Source: an uncultured Pseudomonadota bacterium (GTDB taxonomy: Bacteria; Myxococcota_A; Polyangia; Fen-1088). Taken from it: 64,000 nucleotides of DNA. Numbering within the stretch: the first letter of the stretch is position 1; each line of letters starts with the position of its first letter. The stretch is from contig CAWKBC010000047.1 in NCBI GenBank assembly GCA_963847705.1, forward strand, positions 1 through 64,000, given 5' to 3'. Of the stretch, positions 51,641-64,000 are shown piece by piece. The notes beneath the pieces were generated by a model that did not search any database, was not told where the DNA came from, and saw nothing but the letters and a program-made list of their open reading frames with translations. The position numbers were made by a program, and so were the translations under genes.

Positions 51641-52819
51641 TCAGAAGAGCTCGACCGCCAGCGCGATCCCCTCGCCGCCGCCGATGCAGAGCGAAGCGAC
51701 CCCGCGCCGCTTCCCGCTCGCCTGCAGCGCCGAGAGCAGGGTGACGAGCACGCGCGCGCCCGAGGCGCCGATCGGGTGGCCGAGCGCCACCGCGCCCCCC
51801 CAGACGTTCACCCGGGCGGGATCCAGGCCCAGCATCCGGTTGTTGGCGATCGACACCACCGCGAAGGCTTCATTGATCTCCCAGAGATCGACGTCGTCCT
51901 TCTTCCAGCCGATCTTTCCGAGCAGCCGTTCGATCGCCCCCGCTGGCGCGGTGGTGAACCATTCCGGCGCCTGCGCGTGCCCCGCCGCGCCGACGATGCG
52001 CGCCACCGGCTTCCAGCCGCGCGCCTTGGCGACATCCGCCCCCGCCAAGACCAGCGCCGCCGCCCCGTCGTTGATCGACGAGGCGTTCCCCGCGGTGACC
52101 GTCCCTTCCTTCTGGAAGGCGGGCCGCAGCATCGCCAGCTTCTCGATGTCGCCGCGTCCCGGCTCCTCGTCGTCGGCGACGAGCTTGGGGGCGCCCTTCT
52201 TCTGCGCGATCTCCACCGGCACGATCTCGGCGCGGAACTTCCCTTCGGCAACCGCGCGCAGCGCCCGCTTGTACGACTCGACGGCGAACGCGTCCTGGTC
52301 GGCGCGGGTGATCCCCTTTTCCTTCGCGCAGAGCTCGGCGCAATCGCCCATGTGGACGTTGCCGTAGGCGTCCCACAAACCATCCTGGATCAAGGAGTCG
52401 ATCACCTGGGCGTGCCCCAGGCGGTATCCCTCGCGCGCCTTGGGCAACAGGTAGGGCGCGTTGCTCATCGACTCCATCCCGCCCGCGACCACCACATCGT
52501 GCTCGCCGGCGCCGATGGCGTTCGCGCCGAACACCACCGCCTTCAGCCCCGAGCCGCAGACCTTGTTGATGGTCACCGCGCCGACGGCGGGTGGAATCCC
52601 CGCCGCGATGGCCGCCTGCCGCGCCGGCGCCTGGCCGAGCCCCGCCGGCAAGACGCACCCGAGGTAGACCTCCCCAACGGCGTCAGCGGGGACGCGCGCG
52701 CGTTCCAGCGCCGCCCGCACCGCGACGGCCCCGAGCCGGGGCGCCGACACCGACGCCAACACGCCTTGAAATGACCCGATGGGCGTCCTCGCGCCCGAAA
52801 CGACGACGACATCTTTCAT
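51641..52819 (-). CDS. Acetyl-CoA C-acetyltransferase (thiolase)
   Basis: NKVCGSG, EINEAFA, GHPIGASGAR, LCIGGG. Confidence 0.95.
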   Translation of the reverse strand: MKDVVVVSGARTPIGSFQGVLASVSAPRLGAVAVRAALERARVPADAVGEVYLGCVLPAGLGQAPARQAAIAAGIPPAVGAVTINKVCGSGLKAVVFGANAIGAGEHDVVVAGGMESMSNAPYLLPKAREGYRLGHAQVIDSLIQDGLWDAYGNVHMGDCAELCAKEKGITRADQDAFAVESYKRALRAVAEGKFRAEIVPVEIAQKKGAPKLVADDEEPGRGDIEKLAMLRPAFQKEGTVTAGNASSINDGAAALVLAGADVAKARGWKPVARIVGAAGHAQAPEWFTTAPAGAIERLLGKIGWKKDDVDLWEINEAFAVVSIANNRMLGLDPARVNVWGGAVALGHPIGASGARVLVTLLSALQASGKRRGVASLCIGGGEGIALAVELF

Positions 52820-52985
52820 CGTTTCTAATTGTACTGCCTCAGGCGGAGGTCGCGCCGTTCCTTGGCTACGGGCAGAGGCGCGCACCTCGACCGGGGACAG
52901 CTCACGCACGGCGACCGGCACGTCAATCCATCGCGGCAAAGGGCCAAAATGTGGACAGATATCCTACATGTCATACGATGGGCGC

Positions 52986-53615
52986 ATGTCCCTGCCACTG
53001 CCCGGCGAGCGCCGCTTTCGCTGGCTCGAGGTGTTCCTGGCGATGATGGTCGTTCTTGGCCTCTGTGCGCTCGGTTGCGCCACGCCCCGCGCGCACACCC
53101 GTGGCGCCCCGCCGTCTGTCTTTCAAGCCGCTCGCTTCGAGGCAGCGCGCTTCGAAGCCCAGCGCTCACCGCCGGCTTGGACCGGAGGGCGTGCGGACGA
53201 GGGGGCCGCCTTCGTGGAACGCGCCCTCCACGACGCGGGTCTCCGCTTCGGGACAGACGGCAGCACCCGGGCGCTCTGGGGATACCTGCGCACCGCTCAT
53301 CGCGTCGTCGGCGCGGCGGACGCCCGCCCGGGGGACATCCTCCTCTTCGACAGCCGGGGCGTGGCGCGGGCACCCGAATGCGCCGACCGGGCCGGAATCG
53401 TCGAGAGTGTCGGCGCTGGCGGCCGCATCACCTTCGTCGAGGCACGCGGGGGCCGCGTCCGGCACAGCTTCGTCGATCCGGCCCACCCTTCTTCCAGGCG
53501 GGACGCGCACGGCGAGATCCGGAACAGCTTCCTTCGCCCGATCCGGATCGACGACCCGCCCGGAGCGCGCTACTTCGCGGGCGAGATGCTCTGCGGCGTC
53601 GCTCGGACCCGATGA
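52986..53615 (+). CDS. Lipoprotein with CHAP/NlpC-P60-like fold, apparently lacking catalytic Cys/His
   Basis: ALGC lipobox; RPGDILLFD, AGIVESV, ITFVE. Confidence 0.55.
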   Translation: MSLPLPGERRFRWLEVFLAMMVVLGLCALGCATPRAHTRGAPPSVFQAARFEAARFEAQRSPPAWTGGRADEGAAFVERALHDAGLRFGTDGSTRALWGYLRTAHRVVGAADARPGDILLFDSRGVARAPECADRAGIVESVGAGGRITFVEARGGRVRHSFVDPAHPSSRRDAHGEIRNSFLRPIRIDDPPGARYFAGEMLCGVARTR

Positions 53616-53692
53616 GCCGCGCGTTGGTTGGCAGCCTCGACAACTATGTTGGCGCCCTGGCCGCCCAGGGCACCAGTTTTCAGGGCGTTCCG

Positions 53693-53709
53693 TTGGCCCG
53701 CCAGTTGCT
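53693..53709 (+). promoter_or_regulatory. Putative sigma54 (-24/-12) promoter
   Basis: TTGGCCCGCCAGTTGCT matches YTGGCACG-N4-TTGCW with one mismatch, ~130 bp upstream of 53838. Confidence 0.6.
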
Positions 53710-53837
53710 TGTGATGAATGTTCCACCGCGCCGAGGGCTGGCACGGTGAGCATTGCGGTCTGTAACGCCCATCTCTATAATCGCCCGGTTTTTGCCCCCC
53801 CGGGCCTTTCGCCCACGTTCCTCGAGGAGGATTCCCC

Positions 53838-55445
53838 ATGATTGGTCGCGCCGGTTTTTCATCCAAATGTTGGCGGGTCCTTCGCTGGGCCGGCTTGGCC
53901 GCGGCCGCGCCTGCTCTGTGGGCCTGCACGTCGCGCACGCTGGAGATGCCAAACATCGTTCCGCAGGCGAACCTGACGACGACCTTCACGCAGAAGATCA
54001 ACAACGAGATCGACATCTTGTTCATGATCGACAACTCGTCGTCGATGACCGAGATGCAGCAGAAGATCCTAGACCAGCTCCCGCTGTTCATGAACGTCCT
54101 TCAGTCGTTGCCGACGCCGCCCAGCCTCCACGTCGCCGTCGTCTCGTCCGACATGGGCGCTCCGGGCGACTCGACCAGCTCGATCGGGTGCACGCAAGCC
54201 GGCGATCAGGGGCAGTTCCAGGTCATGCCGCGCGGAACGTGTACGGCCACCACGATCACGGCGGGAGACACCTTCATCTCGGACGCCGACAACATGCCGA
54301 ACTACACCGACCCGATCGCGACCGTGTTCCAGTGCATCGCGCTCCTCGGCGACAAGGGTTGCGGCTTCGAGCACCAGCTCGCCTCGATCGACCGCGCGCT
54401 TGGCGGCGACGGACAGCAGCCCAGCACGAACGCCAACTTCTTGCGGCCCGAGGCCTACCTCGGAATCGTCCTCCTCACCAACGAAGATGATTGCTCGGCG
54501 ACGCCCCCCACGACGATTTACTCTCTGAACGGGGGACAGCAGAACATCGCAAACCCGGACGGGCCGATCGCCAACTACCGGTGCAACGGCGGACCTCGGG
54601 GGGCGCACCTCTGCCAGGATCCGGCGAACGGCAACGCGATGATCGTGCCGCCGCTCCTCCCCCCCGCGGATGTCCAGATGACGGGGGGGACACCCACGCT
54701 CGATCTGGCCAACTGTGTGGACAACGAGACCGGCTCGAGCGCGCTCACCTCGGTCTCCCAGTTCGTCAGCGACATCAAGGGGCTCAAGCCGACCGATGCC
54801 AACGACCAGATCCTGGTCGCCGCCATCATTGCGCCGGCGGCGCCTTACACGGTGGCCTGGGTGCCCGAGTCAGGCGGCCAGAACACCCAACCAGGCGAGC
54901 TCTGGCCCCAGGTCGAGCATTCCTGCGGCGCAGCCGGTGGGGACGACGTCAACCCCAAGGCGACGATGAACCCGACCGACGGCAGCTTCGGCGATCCAGG
55001 GGTCCGCATCACCCAGTTCGTGAATGCCTTCCCGAACAGCGTTCTGGCTTCGATCTGCGACGCGAGCTACGCCAGCTCGATGCAGCTCATCGCCACCAAG
55101 CTGGGCCAGCTCATCACCCCGCCCTGCATCACGGGCACGATCCAGCAAGACTCCGGGGGCCTGCCGATGTGCTCGATCGTCGAGCACCTCCAGGACAACC
55201 AGGGGGTCAAGAAGGACATCGCGCTCCAGAACTGCGCCTCCAGCGGCGCCAACCCGGCCCAGTGCTGGTCGCTCAAGGCCAACCAGATGGGCTGCACGAA
55301 CGGTTCGCAGTTGACGGTGACCGACACCGTGAACGCCAACCCCCAGAGCGAGAACAGCTCGGTCGACTGCTCGCTCTGCCTTCCGGGGGCCGCCGTCGCT
55401 GGCTGCCCTTGCATTGCCAGCAACATGGTCCCCGGCTGCCTCTGA
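53838..55445 (+). CDS. Cys-rich VWA-like lipoprotein
   Basis: LWAC lipobox; DILFMIDNSSSM MIDAS-like motif; GCGFEHQL, LTNEDDCS; many Cys; GAGGAGG RBS. Confidence 0.8.
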   Translation: MIGRAGFSSKCWRVLRWAGLAAAAPALWACTSRTLEMPNIVPQANLTTTFTQKINNEIDILFMIDNSSSMTEMQQKILDQLPLFMNVLQSLPTPPSLHVAVVSSDMGAPGDSTSSIGCTQAGDQGQFQVMPRGTCTATTITAGDTFISDADNMPNYTDPIATVFQCIALLGDKGCGFEHQLASIDRALGGDGQQPSTNANFLRPEAYLGIVLLTNEDDCSATPPTTIYSLNGGQQNIANPDGPIANYRCNGGPRGAHLCQDPANGNAMIVPPLLPPADVQMTGGTPTLDLANCVDNETGSSALTSVSQFVSDIKGLKPTDANDQILVAAIIAPAAPYTVAWVPESGGQNTQPGELWPQVEHSCGAAGGDDVNPKATMNPTDGSFGDPGVRITQFVNAFPNSVLASICDASYASSMQLIATKLGQLITPPCITGTIQQDSGGLPMCSIVEHLQDNQGVKKDIALQNCASSGANPAQCWSLKANQMGCTNGSQLTVTDTVNANPQSENSSVDCSLCLPGAAVAGCPCIASNMVPGCL

Positions 55446-55582
55446 TCTCCGACCGCGACCGCCGGTCCTAGCAGGGCCAGCGCCACGGAAAAAGCCACGA
55501 TCGGAGCGTCGACGGACGCTCGATCGTGGCTTTCGCTTTTGGGCGGCGGATCTCGCTCCGAGACCCTGATAGGGTCTTCCCC

Positions 55583-56398
55583 ATGTTCGAGCGTTTCCGG
55601 GCCGGAACCGCGGACAAGTCGCCGCTCACGATCGCGGGCGACGGGCGCGGCGTGCTCTGCCTGCACGGCATCACGGGCACGCCGTTCGAGGTGCGTCCGC
55701 TCGCCGAGCACTTCGGGCGGCTCGGCTGCTCGGTCGAGGCGCCGATGCTGGCGGGTCACGGGGGGACGCTGGCCGACCTGGCGTCCACCCACTGGAACGA
55801 CTGGTTCCGGTCAGCCGAAGAGGCGCTCGGACGGCTGGAGGCCCGCACGGGCGGCGGCCCCACGGCCATCTGCGGCTTCTCCATGGGGGGCCTCCTGGCG
55901 CTGCGCCTGGCGCGCCTCTACCCGGCGCGCATCTCGGCGCTGGTGGTGATGTCCACGCCGCTGCGGCTCCGGCCGCTGGAGGTGCTGGGGATCCGGAGCG
56001 TCGCGCGCCTGCCGGTCGACTTCCGGGCGCACCCGCGGGCGGCGGTCCCCAAGCTCAATGGCTCGGACGTCTCGGATCCCGCGATCCGGTACACGAACCC
56101 GGGGCTGCGCGCCTTTCCGATCGCCGCGCTCGAGGGCCTGCTCGACCTCATGGACGTGGTGCGCCCCGACCTGCCCGCCATCCGAACCCCCACGCTGGTG
56201 GCACACGGACGGAAGGACCACACGGTGCCGATGGAGGACTCGCTCGAGCTCACCGGGAGCCTCGGCAGTGAGGTCATCGAGCGCCTCTGGCTCGACCACT
56301 CGTTCCACCTCGTCGCGCTCGACGTGGAGAAGTCGGTCCTGATCGCCGGGGCGACCCGCTTTCTCGCCGAGCACGCCCGCTGGTCGGTGGTAGCGTAG
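55583..56398 (+). CDS. Alpha/beta-hydrolase carboxylesterase
   Basis: CLHGITG, GFSMGG nucleophile elbow, DHTVP, SFH. Confidence 0.9.
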   Translation: MFERFRAGTADKSPLTIAGDGRGVLCLHGITGTPFEVRPLAEHFGRLGCSVEAPMLAGHGGTLADLASTHWNDWFRSAEEALGRLEARTGGGPTAICGFSMGGLLALRLARLYPARISALVVMSTPLRLRPLEVLGIRSVARLPVDFRAHPRAAVPKLNGSDVSDPAIRYTNPGLRAFPIAALEGLLDLMDVVRPDLPAIRTPTLVAHGRKDHTVPMEDSLELTGSLGSEVIERLWLDHSFHLVALDVEKSVLIAGATRFLAEHARWSVVA

Positions 56399-56406
56399 CC
56401 GCCGCC

Positions 56407-57897
<1,491 letters not shown>

Positions 57898-57985
57898 CGC
57901 CTGTCGGCGGGCGCGGCCTGTTGGCCGATTGGGGTGAGGGGATCGCGATAGCGCTTGATCGAGGGGCCGGCTATTTGCGAACCTG

Positions 57986-58792
57986 ATGGTTTCGATGTCT
58001 GCCCCGCCGATGACCGGAGAGCCGCCGACGCTGTCGCTGGCAGCGGCCGCGCTGTCGCATCCGGGGCGCCAGCGGCCGGACAACGAAGACGCCTTCGGCA
58101 ACTTCGTCGACGGGCGGCTGTTCGTGATCGCCGACGGGATGGGGGGGCACAACGCGGGCGCCGTGGCCAGCGCGATGGCCGTCGAGGCGATCGAGACCTT
58201 CTTCCACTCGTACCACGCCGAGCCGCATCAGGTCTGGCCCTATCCGGTCGATCGCTCGCTGTCGCTGGCGGCGAACCTGTTGAGGGTCGGGATCAAGGTG
58301 GCGAACGACCGGATCCGCACCGCCGCCGCCGCCGACCGCGCGCGCGCCCGCATGGGGACCACCGCCGTGGCGATGGCCATCGGCGAGGAGCAGCTGGCCA
58401 TCGCGCACGCCGGTGACAGCCGCGCCTATCGGTTTCGCGGCGGGAGCGTCACCCGCCTGACGCGCGACCACTCGGTCGCCGAGGAGATGCGCGCGGCGCG
58501 GCCGGAGATGACCGACGAGGAGCTGGCGACGTTCGCCCACCGCAACGTCGTCACGCGGAGCCTGGGGAGCAAGGAGGAGCTCGAGCCGGCCGTCTACGTC
58601 GGTCGGGTTCAGCCGGGCGACATCTTTTTGCTCTGCAGCGACGGCCTCTGGGTTGTCGTCCCCGACGGGAAGATGACCACGATCTTGCGCCAGGCGCTCG
58701 ATCTCGAGTCGGCCTGCCAGCAGCTCGTCGACGCGGCGAACGCGGCGGGCGGCCCGGACAACGTGTCGGTGCTGCTGGTTCGCGCCGGCTGA
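57986..58792 (+). CDS. PP2C-family Ser/Thr protein phosphatase
   Basis: NED, IADGMGGH, HAGDSRAY, LCSDGL, GGPDNVS. Confidence 0.95.
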   Translation: MVSMSAPPMTGEPPTLSLAAAALSHPGRQRPDNEDAFGNFVDGRLFVIADGMGGHNAGAVASAMAVEAIETFFHSYHAEPHQVWPYPVDRSLSLAANLLRVGIKVANDRIRTAAAADRARARMGTTAVAMAIGEEQLAIAHAGDSRAYRFRGGSVTRLTRDHSVAEEMRAARPEMTDEELATFAHRNVVTRSLGSKEELEPAVYVGRVQPGDIFLLCSDGLWVVVPDGKMTTILRQALDLESACQQLVDAANAAGGPDNVSVLLVRAG

Positions 58793-58829
58793 GCGCGCAC
58801 CCACTCCCAACCGACTACAATCCCTTCCG

Positions 58830-59996
58830 ATGATCCGCACGCTGGTCGAGCAAAAAAGGATTGTCGTGTGCGTCGGACCGGGCGGCGTCGGCAAGACGAC
58901 CACGGCGGCCGCGCTGGGGGCGACCGCGGCGCGTCTCGGACGCAAGACGCTGGTCTGCACCATCGATCCGGCCCCCCGGCTGGCCGATGCGCTGGGCGTC
59001 GGCGGGCTCGGCCCCGAGCCGCGCGCCGTCCCGGCGGAGGCCTGCCGCGCGCTGGGGATCCCGGCGGAGGGCGCCGGCCAGCTGTTCGCGGTTCGCCTCG
59101 ACACGGCGCGGGCGTTCGCGCGGCTGGTCGACGAGCAGGTGGCCGATCCGGAGATGCGCCGGCGGGTCTTCGACAACGCCATCTACCGCCAGGTCACCAC
59201 CTCGCTCACGGGGTCGCAGGAGTACGCCGCCACGCTGGCGCTCTATGAGCTGGCGCGCGAGGGAGCCTACGATCTCATCGTGCTCGACACGCCGCCCACC
59301 GCCAACGCGCTGGACTTCCTGGATGCGCCCAAGCGGATCGCGGCGGCCGTTTCCAGCCCGGCGCTCAGCTGGTTCGCCCGTCCGCCCGAAGGTGATGGCG
59401 GCACGGGCGGCGGCCTCCGCCGGCTCTCCTTGCGGCGGTTGCGGGCCGGTGGCGCGCTGGTGCTGCGCCGGCTGGCCAAGCTGGTCGGCAATCGGTTTCT
59501 CGACGACGTCGGGGCGTTCCTGACCGATTTTCAGCAGGTGCTGGGCGGATTCCTGGAGCGGGCCAAGGCGGTCGACCTTCTGTTGCGCGGCCCGGACACG
59601 GCGTTCTTGCTGGTGCTCGTTCCCGCGGTGGCCGCCGTGGACGAGGCGCTCTACTTCCACGGCCGGCTGCGCGACGCGGGCGTGCCGCTTTCGGCCTTCA
59701 TCGCCAACCGCGTGCAGCCGGCACCGGGGATCACCGAGGCCGGCGCGCTGGCGAAGGCGCTGCGGGCGACGCCGGCCTTCGCCGATCTGAGCGACGCCGC
59801 GATCGCCGAGGCGGCGACCCGCCTGGCGTCGCTCGCCGGGGCCTTCGCGGCCCAGCATGCGGGGGAGCGGCGCGAGCTGGCCCGGCTCCGGGCGCAGGCG
59901 CCGGGGACGGAGATCAACCAGATCCCGCTGCTCGATCACGACGTGGACAGCCTGGCTGAGCTCCGCGTCGTGGGCGAGGCGCTGCTCGCCGGCTAG
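58830..59996 (+). CDS. ArsA/Get3-family ATPase
   Basis: GPGGVGKTT deviant Walker A, TIDPA, VLDTPP. Confidence 0.9.
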   Translation: MIRTLVEQKRIVVCVGPGGVGKTTTAAALGATAARLGRKTLVCTIDPAPRLADALGVGGLGPEPRAVPAEACRALGIPAEGAGQLFAVRLDTARAFARLVDEQVADPEMRRRVFDNAIYRQVTTSLTGSQEYAATLALYELAREGAYDLIVLDTPPTANALDFLDAPKRIAAAVSSPALSWFARPPEGDGGTGGGLRRLSLRRLRAGGALVLRRLAKLVGNRFLDDVGAFLTDFQQVLGGFLERAKAVDLLLRGPDTAFLLVLVPAVAAVDEALYFHGRLRDAGVPLSAFIANRVQPAPGITEAGALAKALRATPAFADLSDAAIAEAATRLASLAGAFAAQHAGERRELARLRAQAPGTEINQIPLLDHDVDSLAELRVVGEALLAG

Positions 59997-61437
59997 CGCG
60001 CGGGTGCGCCGCCTCCAACATCGCGGCCAGCGCCGGCGCCACCGGCTCGGGCGCGGCGAGCAGCAGCGCGACGGCGTCCCCTTTCCGCGCGAGCGCGAAG
60101 GCTCCATCGGGCGTCGAGAAGACGTCCCCTTCACCGGAGCTGGCGATCGCAGCCGCTGCTACGGGTTGGGCCTCGCTCCTCGCGCTGCTCATCTGGGCCA
60201 GCACCTGCCGCGCCGCCCGCGCGAAATCATCCGCCTCGGCGGCGTCGTCCCAGACGGTCAACCAGGCCAGCGGCGCGAGCGGTGTCGCAGCGCCACCGTC
60301 GGCGGCTGAAGGCGACGGGGCCGGCGTGTAGAGTCCTGCGCGATCTCCGCCCCACCCGGTGGCGGCGCGCGCCGCGATTTCTGGGGGGAGGACCGATTCG
60401 AGCCAGGTCCGCACCACCAGCTCGCCGAGCACGTCGCTGGCGGTCGGGCGCCCGAAACCCGGCAGGGCCGGGAGCGCGCTCTCGTCGACGGCCATCGGCG
60501 CCTCGCAAGCGTCGTACTTCTCCGGATGAAGGATCTGTTCGCTGGAGGCGGGCGGGTCGCTCCAGAGCGCGTCGACGGCGCTCCAGGGGCGGTGGGCGCG
60601 GACGCGCGCGACGAAGAGAAGCCCGTCGATGTGCGTGAACTGGCCGAGCTGGACGAACCAGGAAGGGGCGCTGTCTCGGGACGGGTCCCGAGATGGGTCC
60701 CGAAATGGGTCCTGAGACGGGTCCCGAGATGGGTCCTGGGATAGGTCCCTGGACGGGTCCAGAGATGGGTCCTGGGATAGGTCCCTGGACGGGTCCCGCG
60801 AGGCCGCCCGCAGCTGAGCGGCAAGTGCGCCGAGCGCATGCGCCCCCAGAAAATTCTCGCGCGGGTCCGCCACCTCGAGCCCGGTGAGAACGGCGTCCCC
60901 CTCGACGAGCGCCAGACGCGCGCGCGCGGCGTCACCGTCGAGGCGTGGACCTCGGTCGGGAGCGAGGCCCAGGAAACGGCGGAGCCCGAAGCGCTGATCG
61001 GCGACGGCGTGGGCGATCTCGTGCACCAGCGTCACGCGTTGCGCCTCGAGCGGCGAGAAGCTGGGGACCAGCAGGGTGCCGGTCGCCGCGTCGTAGCGGG
61101 CCGCGGGTGGCGCCGCGAACGCATAGGCCTGCGCGGCGAGGTCGCCGGCGCCCCGACCCGCCGAGTTGACCCCGACAAGCCCGAGGCGCTTCAGGAGCTC
61201 TCCCTCCGTCCGGGCGGCGGCGTTGTCCATTCCCTCACCGACGGCCAGCGCGGTCGCCCGCCGTGTCTCCTCGAGGCCCAGGGCGCGGGCTGGCAGCGGG
61301 CCGTGGAAGGGGAGCTGGCGGGCGGCGCTGACCGCGGCGACCAGCTTGTCGACCTCCGGGCGCAACGACGCGTCGGTGAGAGGCGCGGCCGCGAGGGCGA
61401 GCGTGAAGGCCGCCACCAGCTTGGTCCCGCCAGCCAC
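59914..61437 (-). CDS. Secreted putative zinc metallopeptidase-like protein (HExxH)
   Basis: [40 protein letters not shown]; start uncertain. Confidence 0.7.
   Translation of the reverse strand: MAGGTKLVAAFTLALAAAPLTDASLRPEVDKLVAAVSAARQLPFHGPLPARALGLEETRRATALAVGEGMDNAAARTEGELLKRLGLVGVNSAGRGAGDLAAQAYAFAAPPAARYDAATGTLLVPSFSPLEAQRVTLVHEIAHAVADQRFGLRRFLGLAPDRGPRLDGDAARARLALVEGDAVLTGLEVADPRENFLGAHALGALAAQLRAASRDPSRDLSQDPSLDPSRDLSQDPSRDPSQDPFRDPSRDPSRDSAPSWFVQLGQFTHIDGLLFVARVRAHRPWSAVDALWSDPPASSEQILHPEKYDACEAPMAVDESALPALPGFGRPTASDVLGELVVRTWLESVLPPEIAARAATGWGGDRAGLYTPAPSPSAADGGAATPLAPLAWLTVWDDAAEADDFARAARQVLAQMSSARSEAQPVAAAAIASSGEGDVFSTPDGAFALARKGDAVALLLAAPEPVAPALAAMLEAAHPRASRRAAPRPRRGAQPGCPRRDRAAGSG
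60670..60801. repeat. In-frame 12-bp tandem repeat x11 ([12 protein letters not shown])
   Basis: Encodes [44 protein letters not shown]. Confidence 0.92.
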
Positions 61438-61472
61438 GGGGCGGAGTTTGAGGTAAATAAGCGGACCGTTCA

Positions 61473-64000
<2,528 letters not shown>

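Noticed and set aside
53739-53756. Second sigma54-like motif TGGCACG...TTGC
   Set aside because: GG-to-GC spacing is not 10 nt.

Overview
GC-rich bacterial chromosomal window, most likely Myxococcota (Polyangia-like), judged from AgmX/PglI-type TonB-C proteins, an ECF/FecR cassette, a VWA-like Cys-rich lipoprotein and a VegA-like protein. It runs from a partial uvrA (minus strand, left edge) to a partial mfd (plus strand, right edge). It is mostly housekeeping and metabolic genes: pdxA, dapL, murA, hisG, groES/EL, rimO, coaX, gap, argE, a NAGS-like gene, cynS, lysA, a thiolase/hbd/crt/acyl-CoA dehydrogenase operon and glpK, plus many secreted or lipoprotein hypotheticals. No rRNA, tRNA, CRISPR array or cas gene was seen. 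The most unusual signal is non-coding. A composite element occurs twice, 15,035 bp apart (~32.9-33.3 kb and ~47.6-48.2 kb). It has a 77-bp identical core, a perfect 23-bp-stem hairpin, and a second 10-bp-stem hairpin enclosing an exactly 34-nt loop that differs between copies. Its flanking tandem arrays are homologous but expanded differently in each copy. Between the two copies lies a RAYT-like HUH/Y1 transposase gene, bracketed by a 19-bp perfect inverted repeat and four different tandem duplications. Other notable items are a membrane-anchored Fam20/Four-jointed-like kinase, an apparently kinase-dead vertebrate-type NAGS and an apparently inactive CHAP/NlpC-like lipoprotein. All family assignments come from motif recognition, not database searches.
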